DNA from: Nitrospirota bacterium
GTDB taxonomy: Bacteria; Nitrospirota; UBA9217
Direction of reading: 5' to 3'
Assembly: GCA_963751455.1 (NCBI GenBank)
Contig: CAVVUN010000012.1
Coordinates: 448,001-512,000, forward strand
DNA: 64,000 bases
Position 1 is the stretch's first letter. Every line of letters starts with the position of its first letter. Below are positions 19,478 to 28,500 of the stretch, one piece after another. The position numbers and the translations under genes were made by a program. The notes under the pieces were generated by a model. The model did no database searches and was not told the DNA's origin. It was given only the letters and a program-made list of their open reading frames with translations.

Positions 19478-20249
19478 AAAACTCATAATACTTCCGATTG
19501 TTCTTGTACTTTTTTTTGCCGCCTTTGCCTCTGCTTCAACGCCGGAGGCGCCTGCCGTTCCGCGCGAATATGTCGTCGACCTTGCCGGCGTTATCGGGCA
19601 GGATGTTCAACAGCGTTTGAATGCAGTGTTGCAGGAGCTGGAACAGAAAACGACCGCACAGGTCCTCGTCCTGACCGTTGATACGCTGGACGGGGAAAAC
19701 ATCAGGGATTTCGGCCTTAAAACAGCTGAAAAATGGAGACTCGGACAAAAGGGCAAGGACAACGGCGCATTGCTCGTTGTTGCCTTGAAGGACAGAGAAT
19801 ATACTCTTGAAACCGGATACGGCTTGGAAGGCATTCTTCCCGACAGTATGGTCGGCTCCCTCGGACGTCAGTACCTCGTGCCCTACTTCAGAAAGGGAGA
19901 CTACGGTACTGGAATTTATGCGGCAACCGTGGCGGTTGTGAATACGATCGCTTCGTATGAAGGCGTCCAGATCACGGGGCTGCCCGGGATGAGGGAAGTC
20001 AGCGGAGGCGGCAACGTCAGGAAGCTGGGCGGGTTCGAGAAGTTGATATTCGGAATTTTTATCTTCATCGCGCTCGTTCTGTTCATAACGCATCCGCGCC
20101 AGTGTTTTCTGATACTATTGGCCACTTCGATGGGAGGAAGAGGCGGCGGCTGGTCCGGCGGAGGAAGCGGCGGCTTCGGCAGGGGCGGCGGCTTCGGAGG
20201 CGGTGGAGGAGGAGGCTTCGGAGGCGGAGGAGCGTCCGGGAGATGGTAA
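19461..20249 (+). CDS. TPM domain (YgcG-like) membrane protein with Gly-rich tail
   Basis: YVVDLAGV, WRLGQKGKDNGALL, ETGYGLEGILPD, GGGGGGFGGGGASGRW. Confidence 0.92.
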   Translation: MYSHPKKLIILPIVLVLFFAAFASASTPEAPAVPREYVVDLAGVIGQDVQQRLNAVLQELEQKTTAQVLVLTVDTLDGENIRDFGLKTAEKWRLGQKGKDNGALLVVALKDREYTLETGYGLEGILPDSMVGSLGRQYLVPYFRKGDYGTGIYAATVAVVNTIASYEGVQITGLPGMREVSGGGNVRKLGGFEKLIFGIFIFIALVLFITHPRQCFLILLATSMGGRGGGWSGGGSGGFGRGGGFGGGGGGGFGGGGASGRW

Positions 20250-20456
20250 AGCCCTGCAAATTCGAAATAGCCACAAAAATGCGCAAGAGACACAGAAGTT
20301 AAAAGCTTTTCTTTGTGCTTTTTGCCTGCACCCGCCGTTTATGAGTCGCACGCGAATGCAGGGTGTGCATCTTTGCGGCCAACATGATTTAAATTTTTGT
20401 TAGCCTCGTGAACGGATTGGTCACCCGGTTTGAATACTATATAATGGAGGATATTC

Positions 20457-21035
20457 ATGAACAGCGGAGTAAAAACAATTCTTATTTTCCTTGGAGTGAT
20501 TGCGGCAATAGCATTGATTACGATCTTCTGGGGCGTCGGTCAATACAACAGGGTCATAGCCATGGACGAGCAGGTGAAATCTCAGTGGGCCCAGGTCGAG
20601 AACCAGCTCAAACGGCGCTATGATCTAATCCCGAACCTGGTTAATACGGTGAAAGGGTATGCAAAACACGAGCGGGAGCTTTTTACAACCATAGCGGAGG
20701 CGCGGACAAAGTACTTCCAGGCGGGCACCGTGAGGGACAAAATACAATCATCCCAGCAGCTCGAGGGCGTGCTCTCACGGCTTCTTCTCCTGCAGGAAGC
20801 CTATCCGCAGCTCAAAGCGAATGAAGGCTTTTTGAAGCTCCAGGACAGTCTAGAAGGAACCGAGAACAGGATCGCGGTGGAGCGCAGACGGTACAACGAT
20901 GACGTACGAACCCTTAATACATACCGCAGGTCGTTTATGGGAAGATTTGTGGCCGGCATCGCGGGAGTAGGCGAGGCCGTATATTATCAGGTTCCGGAGG
21001 GTCAGAAAGAAGCGCCGAGCGTGAAGTTCGACTGA
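20457..21035 (+). CDS. lemA: LemA family protein
   Basis: QWAQVENQLKRRYDLIPNLV, EAYPQLKANE, LEGTENRIAVERRRYN. Confidence 0.95.
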   Translation: MNSGVKTILIFLGVIAAIALITIFWGVGQYNRVIAMDEQVKSQWAQVENQLKRRYDLIPNLVNTVKGYAKHERELFTTIAEARTKYFQAGTVRDKIQSSQQLEGVLSRLLLLQEAYPQLKANEGFLKLQDSLEGTENRIAVERRRYNDDVRTLNTYRRSFMGRFVAGIAGVGEAVYYQVPEGQKEAPSVKFD

Positions 21036-21040
21036 GCAGT

Positions 21041-21826
21041 ATGGATAATGCGGAACTCCAACATATTCAATATGTCAATCTCACTCACCAATCCCCTGAA
21101 TTTGACGCGGCTTATGATGTCATCAGCCTTGACATCGATCCGGAATTCGTCGAGCCCAAGCTGTATATTCGGGAGCGCTTCCGGATTCAGGAGGAAGGTG
21201 CGAAGACCGATGACGAGCGGCGCATGGTTCCTGAAGGCTATCGAATTCGGGCGATAGCCGCTAAGGATAAGCGGACGAACAAGGTTGTGGGAGCGATTTT
21301 AAGTGATTTTGTTCCTAAAATCGGCAAAGAGAATCGAGGCTTCGCTCTAATCGGCTACGTATCGGTCCTTCCGGACTTTCGTCGGAGAGAAATCGGGACG
21401 CAACTCATCGAGGAGATCACTAAACGGACCCACGATGACGCATTAAAGATATCCGGAAAACTGGCAGTCGGCTTGTTGTTCGAGATCGAAGACGAAGGCA
21501 AAGAACCGATCGAGCGGCTGGTTCGAAAAATGGGCGGGTATCCTCTGGACATCGATTACTATCAACCCTCAGTGCGTGCAGGTTATGATGAACAGCAGAT
21601 GAATTTATGGCTCTTTCCATTCGATCAGCCTATTCGGTCTCCTGAAGAAGCCAAAAAGAAAACCTATCCCACCGAATATATCCATGATATGGTAAAGAGC
21701 CTTTTTATTTATGAATATCCCGGCCAGGACAGGTCGGGTTTCAAGGAGACAAGCAAGGCTTATCAGGCGTTGATCCAGTCGCTCCGAGGCAGAACGGTGG
21801 TCGGCTTTAAACCGGGCAAAATTTGA
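21041..21826 (+). CDS. GNAT family N-acetyltransferase
   Basis: IGYVSVLPDFRRREIGTQL acetyl-CoA binding motif. Confidence 0.75.
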   Translation: MDNAELQHIQYVNLTHQSPEFDAAYDVISLDIDPEFVEPKLYIRERFRIQEEGAKTDDERRMVPEGYRIRAIAAKDKRTNKVVGAILSDFVPKIGKENRGFALIGYVSVLPDFRRREIGTQLIEEITKRTHDDALKISGKLAVGLLFEIEDEGKEPIERLVRKMGGYPLDIDYYQPSVRAGYDEQQMNLWLFPFDQPIRSPEEAKKKTYPTEYIHDMVKSLFIYEYPGQDRSGFKETSKAYQALIQSLRGRTVVGFKPGKI

Positions 21827-21844
21827 TAGTGCTATCTGACTGTT

Positions 21845-22120
21845 ATGGAGGCGTGGGTGAACACTGCGGTCATACTCCAGGAAGTTAAAATCAAGGATGT
21901 CCGTATCACGGAAAATGCGATCACGGCAATCCTGGCTGATGGAAGAACGATCAGCGTGCCGCTCGCGTGGTCATGGCGCCTGTCGGAAGCCACGCCGGAG
22001 CAGCGTGCGCGTTATAAAATCATCGGCGATGGACAAGGCATTCACTGGCCGGACATTGATGAAGACATCAGTGCCGAAGGTATGCTCTATGGGATTCCGG
22101 CGAGAAAACCGGGGAAATGA
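21845..22120 (+). CDS. DUF2442 domain protein
   Basis: LADGRTISVPLAWSWRL, GIHWPDIDEDIS. Confidence 0.88.
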   Translation: MEAWVNTAVILQEVKIKDVRITENAITAILADGRTISVPLAWSWRLSEATPEQRARYKIIGDGQGIHWPDIDEDISAEGMLYGIPARKPGK

Positions 22121-22135
22121 GAGCCTAAAAAGTTG

Positions 22136-22759
22136 TCACATCGGAACCAAATCCTTTTCTAATATCATAAAACGGTTAACCGGCCGGGGAAACAATCTAC
22201 GCGATTTTTTTCGAAAAGTCGTTGTGAATCCAAATCTCAGATACAAATTATACTGATCCGAAACCGCCCTTCGAACCGCCTCGGGAACTACGGCTGACCG
22301 TCTTACATGCCATTCAAGCTCTTTGTTTTTCGTTGCGATAATTTTATACCCGCTTCTTCGATAAAACGCCCTGCCACCTCTATACGGAATAAAGGTGGAA
22401 GTAAGAATGCGCATTTGTTGCTTACCCATGAGGAGGGCTTGCTCTTCTGTAAATTCAAGAAGTTGTTTGCCCAATCCCTTTCCTCGATAAGCCTTGTCGA
22501 GAATAAAGAAGCCAAGATAACAATTCCTCGGGTCCTCGCCTTCGATATCACAAAGCCCCGTAACGCCGATGACCTTGCCCTTATCATTCACCATTACCCA
22601 ATAGCGAGAAGAGGAGAGCTTTCTCTCCAGCATGTACCGGGCATCGTTCGCGATCTCCTTGCCCGGATCGCGGAATTCCCAGATAAAAGCTCTGTTCGCA
22701 AACTGAATAACCTTCTTACGATTGTCTGAGGTGACTTCCTCAATTCGATACTGATTCAT
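22136..22759 (-). CDS. GNAT family N-acetyltransferase
   Basis: YLGFFILDKAYRGKGLGKQLL, AFYRRSGY. Confidence 0.8.
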   Translation of the reverse strand: MNQYRIEEVTSDNRKKVIQFANRAFIWEFRDPGKEIANDARYMLERKLSSSRYWVMVNDKGKVIGVTGLCDIEGEDPRNCYLGFFILDKAYRGKGLGKQLLEFTEEQALLMGKQQMRILTSTFIPYRGGRAFYRRSGYKIIATKNKELEWHVRRSAVVPEAVRRAVSDQYNLYLRFGFTTTFRKKSRRLFPRPVNRFMILEKDLVPM

Positions 22760-22797
22760 TTATGCCTGCATATAGAGAAGCGGTCAACGTAGGCGGT

Positions 22798-23193
22798 CTA
22801 CTTTTTGTCCCACAGAATCCTGACCTTGTACTTGGGAAAAAACGGATCGGATGTCATGATGGGCAGGTTTTCTACCTGGGCTTGCGCTATTAGCATCCTG
22901 TCGAAGGGGTCTCGATGATGAGGCGGCAGATGAAACACCTGAAAAGCATGGCTGGCCTCGATGGGAAGACTCTGAATGGCATTCTCGGTCATTTGTTCGG
23001 CGATATATACGTCGGGTCGCGCCGGAATCGTTAGCTTTCCGAGCTTGGCCTTGATTGCAATCTCCCAGCAGCTTGCAGCGCTCAAAAAAAACTCGTTTTC
23101 GCCGTCCGATATAAGATCGCGAACATGCGACGGAAGCTGCGGCGCGTCGGTGATCCACCACAGGAATACGTGCGTATCGATGAGCGCCTTCAT
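22798..23193 (-). CDS. vapC: VapC/PIN-domain toxin
   Basis: LIDTHVFLWW, SCWEIAIK, HHRDPFDRMLIAQA. Confidence 0.93.
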   Translation of the reverse strand: MKALIDTHVFLWWITDAPQLPSHVRDLISDGENEFFLSAASCWEIAIKAKLGKLTIPARPDVYIAEQMTENAIQSLPIEASHAFQVFHLPPHHRDPFDRMLIAQAQVENLPIMTSDPFFPKYKVRILWDKK

Positions 23194-23423
23194 TTCTCGA
23201 ACTCTTCCACTATGGATGCCGGCAACGGCTTCTCAAACCCCTTCTTCAGGACTATCCGGCCCTTGGCGCTCCCCGGCGTCCTTTTTGCAACCTTTCTCAC
23301 GAGAGGCGACAGCCTGGCCACAGGCTTTCCCGCCTTGGCTATAACGATCTCCTCGCCGCTCTCGACGCGGGTCAAAAGTTTTGAAAAGTGTGTTTTCGCA
23401 TCATGAATATTTACTGTTGCCAT
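23190..23423 (-). CDS. Phd/YefM family antitoxin
   Basis: VNIHDAKTHFSKLL...GEEIVIAKAGKPVARL; ATGA overlap with the toxin. Confidence 0.93.
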   Translation of the reverse strand: MATVNIHDAKTHFSKLLTRVESGEEIVIAKAGKPVARLSPLVRKVAKRTPGSAKGRIVLKKGFEKPLPASIVEEFEK

Positions 23424-23447
23424 GCCGATCCACCTCCATTATTGTCA

Positions 23448-23476
23448 ATAATAGACTAAGAGGTGGACTAAGTCAA
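23448..23476 (-). promoter_or_regulatory. sigma70-like promoter of the TA operon with GACTAAG repeats in the spacer
   Basis: TTGACT-N17-TATTAT on the - strand. Confidence 0.65.
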
Positions 23477-23978
23477 GGTTTTTTGAATCCGGCCTGTCAC
23501 CTGTCGTAATATAACAACAAGACACTAATGCTCACGTGCTGCACTCGGCATCCGACAGCTTCCAAGGGGAGGGTATTGAATGAGGACAGATATGGTGGTC
23601 TAAAATTATCGAGATGAATCTTTATCAGACTTTATCAGAGCCTTAACAATTGGGCTTCGACCCAGTCCAGCCTCTCGACCCCGTAAGAGAGAGTAGCGAC
23701 TCATATATTTATTATCCTGACGTTATGCACCAAATGCATGAACGTCCCCTATCTACCTCTTCCCACAATCCGAAAACCATCTATCTCAGAGCCTTGCTTT
23801 CTCAAAATAGTTTCGAGTTTTTTTTGATTTGAAAGTTGAGGTAAAAACGCCGTTGATGCTTTCTAGCAGTTCTCGCCAGACGATGCCGCGAACAAGAAAG
23901 CGGCGTGCCTCAAATAGCAAACGTACTTTTACGTCGTCAGGCTCTCTTTTTCAAGAACGCTCTCTTTGTCAAGAAATA

Positions 23979-25040
23979 TTACCGTTTGCCACCTTCAGAG
24001 CATTTGTTATTAGCCATGTGAGCCATCAGATGCGCCGGTTCCGAAGCTTCTGGATCGGGTTCACGCTCAGAAGCAAACCACATAGATTTTGCAATCAACG
24101 CCATCGGGCCTCGCTTGTTTTCAATGTATCTATATTTGAATTCCAAGCTGTCCCTGTTGTAAGCAACAGAATCCGGACTTGTGAAATCCGTGTGTTCCCA
24201 AATAAAAATCAGATCCTTTTCATCAACTGGAGAATTTTTCTTTTTTTCTTTTAAAACTTTCTGCGGGCAAACGCATAACCACATATAACCAGAATAGACC
24301 TGCTTAGTGTCCTTAAGCTTCGGGAAAAAACCTTGCCTCCCTTTACCTTCATCATCCTTCACGAGTATGCAGTAGTCACCTACTTCAGCATTTTTCATGA
24401 ACGGATTACTATTCTTGAGTTCTTTGTAAATGTTCGGGTGCATGCGCTTAAGTGTTTTTTTATGATACAAATGGCCTTCGACTTGAGCTTCCACTGCCAT
24501 CAATTTATTATTTACGTTTCTTTCAATCAGATGCGGGCAGTCTTCATATATGTTGTTGAGTTTGCTGATTGGCATTACGATGGGTAATGAATCTGCTTCG
24601 TCCCCACGCCCTATCTGTCCAATAAAGTGTGTACCTACAATTTTCTTCAGGTCACGTGAATACAACACATTATTATCATAAGATGGCCCCCACTGGACAA
24701 AACCATGGTTAAGCCATCGCTCAAGAGTTGCATTAGGCGCCGAGTATTTTGGCGGATTGTTTCGACGTTCCCACCAGCCCTTATTTAAGAGTGAAGCTGG
24801 CAAGAACGTACCCTTAAAATTTACCTTGAGTGGTTCCTTGAGTATGACTCGTCCCGAGTCTAACCGGTTTTTTAAAGTCTTCACGTCATGCAGGCGCACA
24901 AGTTCGCCTTTTATCGACCCCTGGAATAGCTTATTATTTGTCCATGCATATACGTATTTTAGGCGAGGGTAAAGATGTACAGCGAGTGTGCTTGCGGCAG
25001 CACCTATTTGCAGACAAGTTTTAACTTGTTCTGAATTCAT
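23979..25040 (-). CDS. hypothetical protein (AT-rich, no recognised family)
   Basis: 353-aa open frame with GAGGAGG RBS. Confidence 0.75.
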   Translation of the reverse strand: MNSEQVKTCLQIGAAASTLAVHLYPRLKYVYAWTNNKLFQGSIKGELVRLHDVKTLKNRLDSGRVILKEPLKVNFKGTFLPASLLNKGWWERRNNPPKYSAPNATLERWLNHGFVQWGPSYDNNVLYSRDLKKIVGTHFIGQIGRGDEADSLPIVMPISKLNNIYEDCPHLIERNVNNKLMAVEAQVEGHLYHKKTLKRMHPNIYKELKNSNPFMKNAEVGDYCILVKDDEGKGRQGFFPKLKDTKQVYSGYMWLCVCPQKVLKEKKKNSPVDEKDLIFIWEHTDFTSPDSVAYNRDSLEFKYRYIENKRGPMALIAKSMWFASEREPDPEASEPAHLMAHMANNKCSEGGKR

Positions 25041-25216
25041 AACAACACCTCCTCGACGATATCATGTCAACAGCCCCGCCTGCAAGACGAGAAAATGATA
25101 CCCACATCCCATTGTGTTGCCACCCGAATGCATCATCATCTTCCCACGCCATCCGCAGCCTCCAATGTCTTGGGCAGAGTGAAGAACAGCGCGCAGAAAC
25201 TGCGCCCGCTCCAATG

Positions 25217-25375
25217 TTAGACCCGCACTTTACCCGATCCTCCACAGTTGCAACAAGGAGCTTCATAGGCATTCTAACCAGGACCAAAACCAGCTTTTAC
25301 AAGACAACACGAATATTTTGCAGTGCCTTCACCTTTGCAATGAGCGCATGTTACAATAACACCTTCGCTTGACAT
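25217..25375 (-). pseudogene. small DnaJ-type zinc-finger protein with in-frame TAG
   Basis: AGGAG RBS; MSSEGVIVTCAHCKGEGTAKYSCCLVKAGFGPG*NAYEAPCCNCGGSGKVRV*. Confidence 0.65.
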
Positions 25376-25533
25376 AATGCCGTTTCTCCTTTCAGGTAGT
25401 GCTTTAATAATCCGTTCGGTAGCGAGCTTATCTCGCTATTGTTTGTACCGAATTTCTCTATACACCAGTCATAAACCCGTCGTGTACAAAAAACCTCAAA
25501 TAATCTAATAATCAAATCTCCAATTTACTGTCC

Positions 25534-28500
25534 TCAACGGACACAACGCACATAGTTGGTATCCGTCTTATAGTAGTAGGGCATGGAGCCGTAGCCGAAG
25601 TACACGCCCCACGCGGTGTTCGTACCGTAACCGCTGGTAGTAGACGACCAATAGCTTATCTCGGATTTGACATTTGTAAAGATGGGATCAATAGTTGGTT
25701 GATAATTTGTATCGATAATGGTTTTTAATTCTTCTATCGCTGGTAACCGCCAGCCTGACCCGGCGAGGTTCAACCCCCCGCAATATAATTTGGCATCATC
25801 CCAATTGTACATTGTACCATTATCCCGTTTCTGCCAGACAAGGCCTGTAGCTATGGCTTTGACAGTTCCGTCACCATTGTCGGTATACGCAATTGGCGTT
25901 GCGTTAACCTGGAGTGATTCAAAGCTCTCGATCCCATTGGCAACGGCTGTAACCACGTAATAGTATGTTATACTATGCGAACGCCCAGTATGAACGTATG
26001 GACTCGTCACATTCGATATTTTCGTCGATGCTTTCGATACAGTGCTCGATGTTGACCAATAGATATTATACGATGCCGCGCCGGTTACTGAACTCCAACT
26101 GAGAGTTACCTGACTTGTTCCTGCTGAAGCGGTTAGCCCTGTTGGGGATGCAATCGGAGTAGAACTGGACTGCGCCGATTCTGTGCTTTCACCATTCGAA
26201 TTGACCGCTGTAACGACATAATAATACGCCGCACCGTTCGTCAGGCTTGAATGCAAGTACGTGTTCACAGTGGATGACAGCTTACCTGTATAAGATGTTT
26301 TGGAAACGCCCGTAATGGATGACCAGTAGATATTATAAGACGTGGCACCGCTAACCGCAGTCCAGTTTAGTGTGATTTGGGAATTTCCTGATGTCAGAGT
26401 CAGACCGGTCGGCGCAGATATTGGTGTTGCGTTTACCACTGTGGATTCCGCACTCTCTATACCGTTGGCAATGGACGTAACTACATAATAATAGGTCGTA
26501 CCATTCGTACGGCCAGTATAAATATACGGACTCGTCACATTCGATATTGTCGTCGATGCTTTCGATACAGTGCTCGATGTTGACCAATAGATATTATACG
26601 ATGCCGCGCCGGTTACTGAACTCCAACTGAGAGTTACCTGACTTGTTCCTGCTGAAGCGGTTAGCCCTGTTGGGGATGCAATCGGAGTAGAACTGGACTG
26701 CGCCGATTCTGTGCTTTCACCATTCGAATTGACCGCTGTAACGACATAATAATACGCCGCACCGTTCGTCAGGCTTGAATGCAAGTACGTGTTCACAGTG
26801 GATGACAGCTTACCTGTATAAGATGTTTTGGAAACGCCCGTAATGGATGACCAGTAGATATTATAAGACGTGGCACCGCTAACCGCAGTCCAGTTTAGTG
26901 TGATTTGGGAATTTCCTGATGTCAGAGTCAGACCGGTCGGCGCAGATATTGGTGTTGCGTTTACCACTGTGGACTCCGCACTCTCTATACCGTTGGCAAT
27001 GGACGTAACTACATAATAATAGGTCGTACCATTCGTACGGCCAGTATGAATATACGGACTCGTCACATTCGATATTTTCGTCGATGCTTTCGATACATTG
27101 CTCGAAGTCGACCAATAGAGATTATACGATGTGGTGCCAGTCACCGCGCTCCAACTCAAAGTTATTTGACCCGTTTCAGCGGTCGCAGTTACTCCTGTCG
27201 GGGCGGCGAGCGCGGAAACCACGAATGTCACGTCGTCATAACTGCTGTCGGTCCCATCACTTACCGTGAGGCGAAATGTATATGTGCCTGCTTTATCCGG
27301 CGAAAAGATCGCATTCATCTTAGTGCCCTCTGTAATAGTAGTTGTACTTCCCGATGGACGGTTTTGTACGGTCCAGCTATAGGTCAGGGTATCGCCATCG
27401 ACATCCGTGCTTCCACTTCCGTCCAGATTCACAAGCGTTCCCGCATTAACATTTTGATCAGGACCGGCATCCGCCACGGGTGCGGAATTTGTTACGGTGA
27501 TAGTAACGTCTGCGGGGAGGCTGTCAATTTTTCCGTCATTGACAATCAATCTTATTGTGTAAACGCCCTTTTTGTCAGGAACAAATGTCGCGCTCACAGA
27601 GGACGGGTTTGAAAGGGTTGCTTCACTTCCTGCAGGTGCGTTTGTGACAGACCACGAATATGATAATGAATCCCCGTCGGAATCAGTGCTCAAGCTGCCG
27701 GATAGCGAAATCGTCGTGCCCACTTTAGTCGTTTGGTCATTACCCGCGTTGGCTGTGGGCGGTGTATTTGCCACGCTGTCAGCTTCGTTATCCATTATCC
27801 ACTTTATCATGTTAGCGAGAGCGAAAGAGCCATTTTTATTGTCTAGCTTGAAATACGCGTATTGTCCTTTGTATGGCTCAAGATCAAAATAGCGATATAT
27901 ATCTGTTGCCAATGCTGAGCCTCTGTCAAAACTGCCAAGCGTGGCCCACGTCTGCTGATCTTGAGAAATCATAAGGGTCGGACCGGGGTTAGAGCCGCTC
28001 GCAATTTTCCATTCCCCGTTCATCTCGACAGGAAATCTCGATGACGGCACATAAAAAGGTCCTGTCACATTTGTGCTTAACGTTAATGATGAAAACAATG
28101 TCACCTTCTTTGTCTGATCAGTATTATTCCACAATGCAATTTTCGTTGTCGAATTTTTTTGAGTCTCTACATTTTCGACATTCACCGGCAAGACATAATA
28201 CTCGTAATATGTATTGTACTCGTCAGTTAAAACATGATCAAACGTGGGGGTCGTTAGGAGACTTGAATTCAGTTTCTTCCAGGATGAATAGGTCCGGGGG
28301 GCCAAACCATTTGATACATTGCCTTCAAGCTGCCAGAAATAGGACTGTCGGCCGTAAACATTGTAGCCTTTGGTGACATATTGAGCCGTTGAAGTCCATG
28401 CCAGCGTATTTTTCTTATACGTATGCGTAACAGCAGCCCCTGTTATCTGAGGAAGAAGCTTTATATTTCCTGTTACAGGAAGCGCAATCACGTTCCACCA

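Noticed and set aside
23480-23970. ~500-bp intergenic gap in the island as a possible ncRNA
   Set aside because: No recognisable structure or motif beyond a short ctttatcaga duplication; insufficient support
25534-25536. Selenocysteine at the adhesin C-terminus (TGA GGA CAG TAA)
   Set aside because: No SECIS-like hairpin downstream, and the family consensus has Gly, not Cys, at this position
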